From Sphagnum compactum (lineage: Eukaryota), in NCBI GenBank assembly GCA_965153455.1, contig OZ234493.1, forward strand, positions 12,824,213 to 12,888,212: 64,000 nt of DNA, given 5' to 3'. Below, one piece after another: positions 52,831 to 64,000 of this stretch. The notes below the pieces were generated by a model. It saw only the letters and a list, made by a program, of their open reading frames with translations. It ran no database searches and was not told the DNA's origin. The position numbers and the translations under genes were made by a program. Positions within the stretch are counted from its first letter, which is position 1, and the number at the start of each line of letters is the position of its first letter.

Positions 52831-54849
52831 TTAAAAAAAATTCAAATAATATTGAGTGAGGTTCATCATTTTATTTTTGGGGGGGGTGAAACTTCAGTAT
52901 TTGGTGACCATAAAAAAAAGCACTGCAAAAAATAAAAAAAATATAAAGGAAAAATGTTCCAAATTCACCATATTTGAAAAAGAAAAACTAAAATCACTAT
53001 ATTAAAACAAGTTCCATAAGTTGTTGCTTACACATAACAAAAGTCCTAAACTTTTTGTAAAAACCCTCCAACAAAATTTAAGATTTGTAATGTATTTGGA
53101 GGAATTGTTAGGTATTTATTGTAGGAAGTTAGTTTTTTCATAGTTCAATATTTATTGTTAGAACCAAGTTCAATCTGAAAATGGTTTAGTATTTATTTAA
53201 TTTATTGTTATTATTATTATTATTATTTTTGTGTTTATGAGGTTATCTCATGGTGTAGTTATATATAGTTTCATTGTGTTGTGTTTTGAGATTTCAAAGC
53301 ACACACAAGGACCAAACTTGTACTTTGTAAGATCTTGAGCTTTGAATTCTTGCAATTTGTAAATGAGCTTTTTTTTAAAAACATAAAAAAATTTAGATGT
53401 ATGTTTTCATGCGTACGACTTTTTTAGTTTCGATAATATGAAAAGCATTAATCTTGAAATGCACAACAAAATGCTTATCAAATATAAAAACTTGCAAAAC
53501 ATTTAAAAATATGAAATGCTCACACTTGTCTTGTGATTTAAAAAAAAATAATGTAGGTTTTAAAAGAAAAATAAAAAAAGGGTAAAAAAAACCATCGATT
53601 TTTACACTATATTATGCCCTCAGCCATGGGTATTATTTGAAATTGAGCTTTGCTTTTGGCTCTACCTCTCATGGGCCCTTTTTATTTTGGTAAATGCTCA
53701 AGGCTTCAAGTGTTTAACCTTACACTAGTTAATGTTCTCTCGGAGGATGATGATGTATCTAAATAGGGACATGGATGGAGGGCCATTCCTGGTTTATTTT
53801 CTTCTCATTCTTGGTGGGCAGAAAGCTGTAGTGTCAGACTCAGTAGAGGGATGGTGTGCAACCGGCAACCTCGGAGCTTTTAAGGCGTCGATTCGCATGG
53901 ATGACGGGACGGATGGACGACAGAACGAATTCAAGGGAAGTTTCATTTTTCATCCCGACATCCTTTACTATATGTAATGTGACTAAATCTTCTTGTGGAT
54001 GATCTTCAACCTCCATTTTTACTTCTTCACAAAGTTGAGAAGAAAAACTCTTTATGATGAAGTTGGATTCAAAAGAATAAAAAATATAAAAAATTAGGAT
54101 TGTGAACAAAGAAAAGGGGGTACTGAATCCAAAGGGTACGAAGGGAGGAAGGAAGGAAGGAAGGAAAGGAGTCCAAAACAAGACGAACATATTTCCGTGT
54201 GGATGGTTCTGGCGGCATATTTTAGGGTTACCACAATTCGCCCCCCTTTCTTTCGTACTTTGCGCACTTTCGTAAACTTCGCTCAATTTCTGCCCCCCCG
54301 TGTTGTGCTCTGCTATCGTTCGCGTTCTTCTCGCAAGAGGCCATTGATCCGCGACAAACTCGCAACTCTTGACCTCTTCTCCATCTTTGTCATCATCGTT
54401 TCTCCATTGATCTCCCCCTCTCTCTGTGCTGTCGTGTGCTGTCCGTTACAAGTAGTGGGTTCGGCTATTTTGGTTTTGTTTTTGGGTTTGTATTGTTTTT
54501 TTTTTTTTTCCCCTTTGGTGTTCTCTCTCTCTCTCTCTCTCTCTCTCTAGGTTTTCAGAAAGGGGGGGGTGGGCGGGCGAGGGGTAGGAGCTTTGGTTTC
54601 GGGCACTTTTGTTGTTCTTGGCAGTTCTTTGGGTTTGTTTGGATTTTTAGACCCAGACTGCGATCTGGGGTTGTTTTGTTGGTGGTGGTATTATTCGGAG
54701 GTTTCGGATCTTGTTGTGAGGAGGAGGGCGGCTGCTGCCGCTGACGGGGAAGGGAAGGACGACAGTTTGTGCAAGCCTTTTCCCCTGCGTTTGCAACGGG
54801 AGTAGACGGTAACTTTTCTCTTTTTTGTTTTGGTTGTGGTTGATGGGTA

Positions 54850-54854
<5 letters not shown>

Positions 54855-54900
<46 letters not shown>
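54855..54900. repeat. (AG)n microsatellite in the 5'-UTR intron of the G3BP-like gene
   Basis: About 23 AG units. Other SSRs: (CT)n 54522-54548, (CT)/(CA) 24318-24372, (GTAT)n 5418-5445, (GAT)n 32312-32336. Confidence 0.95.
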
Positions 54901-54905
<5 letters not shown>

Positions 54906-54976
54906 ATCAACTGGGAGAATGGGTATTATGGGCCATGTTTGTCTGAAAGGTCTCTTGTAGGTTTTTTGCAGGAGCT

Positions 54977-57900
54977 ATGGCGAATCATCCGGCAAATGCC
55001 GCTGCTGCCATCCCAGCAGCAGCACATGTGGTATGCACTGGGATTCCTGCCCGACTCACATATCATTGCAACTTTTGGGTAGAAGCATCAGATTTGATAA
55101 AAGACAGAACTCTCCTCTCCCACAGTTGGGTTGATGGATCATCCTCCCTTTGACGCTTGGGTATTATCCTTTTATTAGAATAAATGAGCTGAACTTAGTT
55201 GAGGGTTTGGGAGTGCAGGTTGGGAATGCATTTGTGAACCAGTATTATAATGTGCTCCATCAAAGTCCTCAGGTGGTGCATCGGTTTTACACTGATGCCA
55301 GCCTCTTCACCCGAGCTGAGGCTGGTCCTGATGGTGCAGTGGACACAGTAATGACACAAGATGTATGTCTACTTGAACCTGCAACCCGTTTGATTTTCTA
55401 TCAACGAGGTTTCCAATTGCCTCTGCCTATGGTGTCGTGTGATTCATGTTTCTGACACTCTGTATTGCTTGTTGATTATGCAGGAGATCCACAAAAAAGT
55501 TATGTCTTTGGATTATGGGGACTTCAAAGCAGAGATTAAGACCGTGGATTCGCAGGATTCCCTAATGGGGGGTGTTCTTGTGATGGTCAGTGGATCACTT
55601 TCCTGCAAGAGCACTGGCAACAGGAATTTCACCCAGAGTTTTTTCCTGGCCCCACAAGAGAAAGGCTACTTTGTGCTGAATGACATCTTTCGTTATCTTG
55701 ATGAGGCACCACCACCAGTCTCAAAACCAGCTCCTAGTTTGCCAAATGGTGTGCCAGAGCTCCCACGTGCACCAGAGCCAGGTACTTCTCCAAGCTATCA
55801 TGTATCCAAGTACTGTTTGTTGTGAACATTTTAACTAGTGTTGTACTAAGGTTATTTCTTAACTTGTTTTTATGTGGTGTTGTAGCTATTGAAGGACATG
55901 TGGTGGTGGAAATGGAATCAAGGGAGGTTGTATCACCACCATCAATTGACAGTGAGGTCGGAATGGAGGAAAAGGTTGATATCACAGAGCAGGAAGCTTT
56001 AGAAGTACAGGATAATGAACCTGCAGAGGATATAGCCCAGGTTGATATATCGTCACCAAACAATGAGGAGCCTGCTTCCCCACCTGTCCAGATTTACAGC
56101 TCACCTTCACCTACTTCACACCCTCTTGAAGAGGACAGCACCTCAACTGGAGAGAAGCCAAAAGTGTCATATGCCTCTATTGTAAGTTACAGCTATGCCA
56201 GTTCCTTTAGTGTCACAGAGTTATGGAACTACGATGTCCATGTGGATAGCTGAAATGTCTGGTTGGGTGGTTTCATAACAAGTGGACTGTGTCTGGTTTT
56301 GCATCCAGCTACGGTTGAGAAATGCAGGAGGCTCAGCTGCACCTGCATTCCATAGTGCACCCAAAGCTGCACAACCTGCACCAGAAGCTTCAGCTGCTCC
56401 AACAGTCTCTTCATCATCTCCTGCTTCAGGCGATACACATAATACGCTTGATGAAAATGCCCCACATGAGGCTGAAGGTTCATCTCCCATTGTTAAGAGC
56501 AGTCCCCATCAGCAATGTAGTATTATTCAATTTGGAGATAGTGATGTTGGCAGAATCATTGGTCTGCTTTTGTCATTAATGGTAGGTGATGAGGCACCAG
56601 CAAGGCTGCCCTGTAAATGATGTCCTTTTGTCTTTCCATGTGTCTTTGCAGCTGATGGCCATTCAGTGTACATCAAGAATCTGCCAATCAACATAATGCC
56701 AGCTGAGGTTGAGGAGCAATTTGCTCAATTTGGGCCAATCAAGCCTGGAGGTGTTAATGTCAGAAGTCAGAAGGTGGGTTCGAACTCTGGTGTGTGAATA
56801 TACCTATCTGCAAAGATTTTAGTATCTATGAGGTGAAGGTTGCTGACATAATTTCTGTCTGTCATCAGCAAGGTGTATGCTACGCATTTGTGGAGTTTGA
56901 AAGTTCAATCTCCGCTCAAAATGCAATTGAGGTACTCTTGCTCACAGAACTTCATTCCACTTTTGTAGAGGAGTTTGAGAGTGTCTGCCATAGAAAAACA
57001 GTTATGATTGGGGAGCAATCTCAAAAGTGTCAGATTATTTTATTGAATCAGACATGTTTGTTTTCAAGACCAGCTGATATGTTATACCATTATGGTTCTT
57101 CAAAGCCTGTTGTGGGATTCGAGGCTGAGCTCTCAGTGCTTGAAAGTTGGGATTCACATGCAGAATGCAGTTCTTTGTGACAAAAATTGCTGGGTCTTGG
57201 TGCATTGTAGGCTGATGGGTAGTGCTGCATGTCATGCAGGCCTCCCCTGTGTCAATTGGTGGTCGCCCAGCATATGTTGAGGAGAAGAGACCCATGGGAT
57301 CACGAGGTCCAATAGCCTTACCTTGTTATTCTGTCCTCCAACCTAATAGCCTATATCTGAACCATTTTCTGTTATCCAGCATTAACACATACTGAAGAAC
57401 AGTTGAAATTGGTCCATTCTAAAGCAGTCATTGAAATTGTTTTTTTCCTTTCCTGAACTAGGAGAACTGGACTGCGATTGTTTTATTCATTAGACATCGT
57501 ATTGACTTGGTTGTGATTATGCAGAGCAATTGTGTTTCAAATGACAGAAATTTGAAGTCAGAAGATTGTGTCTTTATTCTGTGTGATTCTTGCATAGAGC
57601 AAGCTTGTGGCTCTTGTGTATATTCTTGAGTTGAGTTGCTGACAAACACTGGAAGGGTGGTTTGGGTACACTTAGTTCCGAGACAACGGACGCAGGAGGG
57701 AAGGAACGAGCGTCCTTACCGCAGTGATGGGATTCGAGGACGTGGCTCATATTCTGGCCGCAGTCTAGGACGTGGGTCGGGCCAGGAGCGGGATCGGGAT
57801 ATGTCTAACAGAGGAAGAGCTCCTGGAGCACCTCGTGGAGGATTTCTGGGTGCTAATGTTGTAGGTGGGGCTTCTAATAGCAATGGCATCAATAGTGGTG

Positions 57901-58043
57901 CTGATGCCAACCGCCGTGCTGATGGACAAGGTGGGAATGCAGCTGGGCTAAGGCCTTCCAGGCGTGGTGCTGGTAACCAGCTCCCCCGTAATGGGTCTGG
58001 CTCCTTCCCTCGCAATAGCCCTTCAACACCCACTGCTGTGTAA
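54977..58043 (+). CDS. G3BP-like protein (NTF2 domain, acidic/Pro linker, RRM, RGG-rich tail)
   Basis: MANHPANAAAAIPAAAHV|VGNAFVNQYYNVLHQSPQVVHRFY, FTQSFFLAPQEKGYFVLNDIFRY, KVSYASI, RRM motifs SVYIKNLP and CYAFVEFE, YVEEKR, RG-rich last exon ending at TAA 58041-58043. Introns are GT-AG. Confidence 0.95.
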
Positions 58044-59459
58044 GGTCAGACAAGATTTTGGAAGGAATTCTCTCATATGTGGAGCAAAAGAAAGTGGCAT
58101 AGAGTAAGGGGTGAGGGGTAGTGGATATGATAGAAGTGGGTATCTCTGGGCTAGGCTACCATGAAAGGACTGCAGCAGCAGCAGCAGCAGCAGTGAACTT
58201 TTGTTTAGCAATTCTTCATTTTCCTTTGGTTTGTCAGGTGATGAGTCACTGATAACAGTGTGTGCATGTGGGAGGTAACAAGGCCTTGGAAGGGGAGCAG
58301 TGTAGGTTGATGCAACATTTTCTTCTGAATTGCAATTTTGCCTAGTAAATGGTTACCCATAGGGTAATCCTACTTTTTTGGAAGATGTGTACTTTGGCTT
58401 TCTAAAATTGAAACAAGGATGTAGCATGTAGGGAAGTCACAATTCGAGACTGGTCAAATCCTTCACAAGTGGGTGCCATGTTGAGTATTTGATATGTAAA
58501 CCTCTACTGGATTTTGTTCTCTTTTCAGGTTATTGCTCTCAGCATTTTCATTTAGTCAGGACTTTTGTTGACCTTCCCGTAAGAATCTACTTCGGAGTTG
58601 GGTGTCAGTCTCATACTGTTTGATTATGTGTTCTAATTCTTTTCTCCCTCCTCTAATCTGAAGAGCTGAGGTAGCTCATCTGTTGACAATAATCCTGGCA
58701 AGTTCAACATTTCAGTGTTGAATAATTATTTATTTTGAAGATTCCATTTTGAGAGATAGACTATTTCAGAATATTCTAAAGTAATCTCTATTTTCCTTCA
58801 CAAAAATTTGAAACTTTCAACATTTTTGAAAATGATATTAAGTGTCAAACAACACATGTTACTGCAGTATTCCAGATTATGCTGAAATTGTAGTCAATAG
58901 TCTGTATTATAGTTTTTAATGCTTTCTAGGTCAGAGTTCTTCACAGCAAATTGCAGGAGCAAATGGACATAAATCATTTGTAGTAAGTTAAGTTTTGTGG
59001 TTTGGATCCTCCCACACAAGGGCAAGTACATTATAAAATTCTTGGGTTATGTAAAAGGCCAATCCAATGCTTTAGTTCTTCATGCTTTATTTTACGATTT
59101 TGTCCACTTATTTTCCAAAGGTGTGTTTAAACCTCTCGTCATGACTTAGCACTAATCTACCATTGTTTTCAAAGTCTTGAAATACACACCTTGCTAGGTA
59201 GTATTGAAATATTTCATAGTTGTTATTTGTTTCTTCCAGAAGCATCAAGAAGTCTAAAGTCATTATGTTGGCTAGCACTTGAGACAGTAATAATTTTATC
59301 TAGCAGACGGATTTTGATATACTTTTTCAGCAAGTGCAAAGATATGCATCACTTGTCAATAGTGACAAAAACAATCAACAATGTACTACACAAGACCTGT
59401 CAATTATTTGACAGAATATCCTAAATTTTGACTTCTCAAGAATGTCTAAATGGTGACCC

Positions 59460-62400
59460 TCAATCCCCTTGCACCATAATTTTCTTTGTTATCTGCAGTG
59501 CCTTAGTCTGCTGAATTCTTCTCATTGGTCCATTGACTGCTTGTGTTTGGACATTACCTCTAGCTCGTTGCTTCCCCCTTGTTTTCTTTGTCAAAGTGCT
59601 GCCTGTAGTCATTGGCGACAATATTCCATCCCCCACCACATGCAATGGTTGTTGGATTATTGTCTCTGAAGATTCTGGACTATCTCCATTTTGGAGATCT
59701 TTCTGTTTTTCCAGTGACATACTTCGTGGTTTCCTTCGGCTTCTCTTTGAAGCAGTTCTGCCCATATTTGACTGTACCATAGACTCATCCCCACCAGCGT
59801 CCAACAATATTTCAATTCCCTCAGTTGATTCAAGGAAGTCTCCATCTTGGAGACCTTCCCTTCCCTCCACCGTTTTGCTCAACTCCTCATCTTGTTCAGC
59901 ACCAGCCTGATTTCTCATGCTTCCTGAAACTAGAGTTTCGGTTCTGATCTCTTCAACACAAGTAGAGCCTTCAATTTCCACGGCCTGATTCCTTGCAGTT
60001 CTCAGCAACACCTCCACATCTTCTGAAACCAAAATACCTGACAGGCCCATTTCAGAGGGATATTCAGCTGCAAAATCCCCAGGAACACTCAACTGTTGTT
60101 TTGAAGGCACATCTGTCCAAGTCTGTAATTGTGATTTTGGGGCCACCTCTTCCACTTCAGTGGGATGGAAAGCATAGACATCATCCTGAGAACTCCCCAG
60201 CACCAAACCAAGAGAATCTTCAAGTTCTTTCACACAGGGCACTTCCGATGGATCCATCAGGTACTGGTCCTCCCAGGAAGGACTAGAATCTTGGTCAGAG
60301 CCACTTCTGCCTTGAGAAATCCCTAACTGTTCTTCTGCAGATTTCTGATACATGTTGCCCTGTGATTCCTTGGCAATGCCCAAGGAATGTTCAAACCCAG
60401 GCCCACTGGGTTCTAGGTCCAAAGATGATTCATTGGGTTGAATAGAGATCAGGCTAGGACACTGTTTTGCAGGTATCAACTCTGGTTTCAAGACAATCTC
60501 CTTCACAGTGAAGGCTCGCTCCAGAAGCTTTATAGCTGGCATCTCAAGGTCCCTTAACACACATGCAAACACATATGCAAGCATATTTACATCCACTGCT
60601 GCTCGGTGCACATTCTTGACAGGTGGGAGGTTATAGACATTGTTGTATAGATGAGACAGAGTACAGTTTTTGACCACACCTGTGTAGAAAACATTTATGT
60701 CAGCACATTCAGATACAGAACAGATACCCTAAGCCTTTGATGAAAAGGTCAGACAAAATGCACATATTTGCAACAAAATATGTTGAAGCAAGCATCTTAC
60801 TTACCTGTTGTCTTTTTCTGTGCCTCTCTTGCAAGAATCAGGGAGTCCACAAAGTACCAATGAGACGGGACTTGCATTGAGCATGCATAGCACTCCTTCA
60901 TGATGAAAGGTACATCGAAACCTCTCCCATTATGTGCAACCAGGATGACTGGCTCATGGCCTTTACGTCGCCCTTCCACAAAGTTCACTATTACTGGCAT
61001 GACTTCCTCCCAACTGGACCCCAGCAAACAACCCTCCAAACATGGTATAGTTTCTCAACAGAGTTTTGGAGCATCATATCTACGGGATTGCAGAGAAAGC
61101 TCCACAATAACACTTTGAAGGCAACCATTCTGTCAGTTCCAGCAAAACCAAACTGAGCATGACAAGAATAGGTGCAGAATAAGTGTCACTGACAAATCTT
61201 GCCTCAAGAAAAATGTGGATATGGGCCATGCTTGAAAGTAATAGAAAGCACCCCCTGGTAGCGAAGTTTTCTAAAGACTCAAAGACAACTGGTTAACGGT
61301 CCCTCGGGCTTACCTTGGAACACCTGCCTGGTTCACCATTTCAGTGGTGATATTGTGAACCTCTGTGCTTCTCTTGGGCACTTCTTGGTTTGGATTCACC
61401 AGTGTTTGCATTGTACTGCATTCTCCACCTGCCAAATCACGGCAAGCAAACTCGAGAATTTTGGTTCCAGACACTAGAAAACCTGTCGTCTCTATGTCGA
61501 AGACAATGACTGTTGGATCCAGAGATGAATCCAGATATATTGAAGAAGTTTCTTCAGTGGAGAAGGTCTGTTCCACTTCACGTTTTAAGGTCTCCTTGCT
61601 ATTGGATTCCTTGCTGATCATCCTCCCCATAAATGGCCTTGTTGCTTCAGGTTGAGGGTCACCATGTGCTGCTTTGGGGTTCTTATCTTGGGTTCTAAAC
61701 TGCTCCTCATTCCAAGCTTCCATATGAGAGGAAGGTCTAGGGCCAGATGGGGAAAAGCTCGCATTCAAAGAGAAAAGTGTGCTGCTATTGCTTATGAGGA
61801 TATTATTGTGCAGTGCTGAAAACTGTCTTCTTAATTGTGAACCCCTCTTTGAAATCCTTGAAAAACTCTGCAAACTTGTGGCTTCATGTTTCTGAAACCC
61901 TAAAACTGCTGCTGCAGGTGAAAAACTCTGTATCCAAGATGGTTGCAGAGTGTTTTGGTGCACAAGTCCAATGTTACCACAGAAACCTAACCCTATATCA
62001 GGACAGGGCCTCTGTCCTGTCTTGCTGATCATGTCGACCCTGAAACTTGTGCACATGCTGCTCATTCCAGGGCACCTAATGCAACAAGGAAAGCTTCTAA
62101 TTGGTAAAAGCTCTATTTCATTGGCACCATATGAAAGATGCAATGGAAAGACCCTCTCATCATTCAACTGAGCCATCTCCTTGCTCATCATAGAAGAGCC
62201 CCCCTGCAAGACAAACTTGCTGGACTTCCGAGGACCTGATGCATTGTAGCCTGTTTTTGGCCATAGTGCTCCAGTCAAGTTCTTCAAGTTACTACGCATG
62301 GCACAATGATGTCTGTTTATTCTCAGAGCACATTCCGAGCTTGTCTGACAGGTTCCTTTTGACCTTGCTTCAGTCTCCCACACCTTATTCTTGTGGTCAC

Positions 62401-62509
62401 CCTCACTAACAGCTTGCATGGCACCATTCCGCAAACTTGCTTGCTGGAAAACTGCCATCCTCTCCACTGCCGAAGCACACCAGTGTTGCGGGAGCCATCT
62501 GTATGTCAT
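59460..62509 (-). CDS. DPD1: DPD1-like DEDDh 3'-5' exonuclease with long N- and C-terminal extensions, 3 exons, ~874 aa
   Basis: Exons 62509-61314, 61013-60805 and 60679-59460 total 2625 nt and are in frame. ExoI VFDIETTG, ILEFACRDLAGG..STMQTLVNP, ExoII VAHNGRGFDVPF, ExoIII HRAAVDV. The start codon used is uncertain. Confidence 0.85.
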
Positions 62510-64000
62510 CCTTGCACCTCATTGCCTCCTCTCATTCTGACAGCTAGCTAATTTTGCAATGGTTGATAGAATCCATCAGACATTATTATTTTCCATTGCA
62601 ACAATGCAGAAAGAGTTGAAACTCATTCAGAGCTCTGTACTGTGTCCAGTGCTGCTCATCCACTCCATTTGTCACAGCTGACCCCTACCCAAATAGAGCA
62701 TCAGTTCCACCTGCTCATCAACAAGTGACATCAGGAGACATACAAGTAGACAAGACCACCATGAGGAGAATCATTCAAGTGAAAAATCACATGAAAAAAG
62801 AAAGCAGCTGATGCCCAACAACATACTTGGCTTATTAATGGATGATCTCTTTTTGCCGTTGCAAGCTTCTGCTTCCTTGTTGGAGGTGGACACAATCTGG
62901 AAAACATGCCAAAGACAACAATGGTGAGGATGAGAGTCCTTCACCAAAAAAACCAACATCCCCACTATGACTTCTAACAGAAAGCAAATCAAGGACACAG
63001 AGAGAGATAAGCTATGATACTCAACCAGAGAATTCTTTAGGCAAGAGCTGATCAACTGGATGGGTGTAAAAATTGCAGAGTGTCACAACAACATCCGAAT
63101 CATAAAACCTGCGAAGAATGCACCCAGGACATGTCAGTTGACAGACAGATTTTCTGGAATCTCCTCTCTTATGAAACCATTTTCTGTGTCAGGGTTTTGT
63201 TCTTGACTGCTGCAAAAGGAACAACCTTTGCGGTTTTTAAGCATGCTGGATTTATTGAACTATAACAACATTTCAAAGGATTGAAGAAGAAGACGAAGAA
63301 GACGAAGAAGCCTGACTGAGGGAGTTCGAGACTACAACAAGAACAAAAATCGCTCTCTTCAACAAATGCAAATCTCACGTCTCCTGGTCTCATCAGATCT
63401 TCCTCGTCGTCGTCCCCTCCTCGGTAAGATGCGAGATGTTTTAGACGAAGATGATGTCCAGAGTTGCCGCGGAAGCTCTCACCTTTCGCTTGTTTTCAAC
63501 GCTGATGTGTGTGTGTGTGTGTTTCTGTCTCTCGCCAGAGCAAAGCTTGTGGTAGGGTTTGATCAATTTCCTCGCCTCATTCTTCCACAAAGTTGCTTAT
63601 GACATAAGAGATTTGCAAATATGGATGCATTGCTTGTCAGGACAGCAACTAGCTAACTGATCGAGTGATCCACACCAAATTTGTAGCAGGATGGTTGTTG
63701 GTGCCTTTCTTGATGCCTTCCAGAGTACGGCAAGGGAGCAGAATATACTACTGTAAAGATGTTATGTTCTTGTTCATGTTGTAGCTGCAGCAGCAAGTAA
63801 CCAAAGAAAGAAAGAGGAGGATCAAGTCCACATTATCATTAATTTTTCTTCCTTTTGAGTACTATGGATTGTGCTGATTGTCAAAACCAATCTAAATTCC
63901 AGATATGGATAATGGTTATGGATATGTCAGTCTTCAAGTTTTGGTTGTCCCATCCACCTTAGGTGATGGTTACCACCTGCATTAGGAGTTGAACGATGGG

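Overview
Eukaryotic nuclear DNA from a land plant. Gene content and intron and repeat style suggest a bryophyte, probably Sphagnum-like (inference). Six intact multi-exon genes can be assembled with canonical splice sites: a rhomboid-like/TMEM115 protein (-), mitochondrial NAD-malic enzyme (+), a MAM33-family mitochondrial glycoprotein (-), nuclear poly(A) polymerase (+), an NTF2-RRM-RGG G3BP-like protein (+) and an unusually long DPD1-like DEDDh exonuclease (-). There are two intron-retaining pseudogenes, RPL5/uL18 and an ABC1 kinase/beta-lactamase fusion. The most notable accessory content is a decayed ~5 kb intron-containing tyrosine-recombinase (Crypton/DUF3504-like) DNA transposon at ~7.65-12.74 kb, with a near-perfect terminal hairpin and an internal inversion. 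There is also a 5'-truncated Penelope-like retroelement at ~36.2-37.0 kb whose ORF ends at the RT thumb with no C-terminal endonuclease. Several tandem repeats and a long AT-rich decayed region (~38.7-53.6 kb) fill the rest. All family calls come from motif recognition by eye, not database searches.
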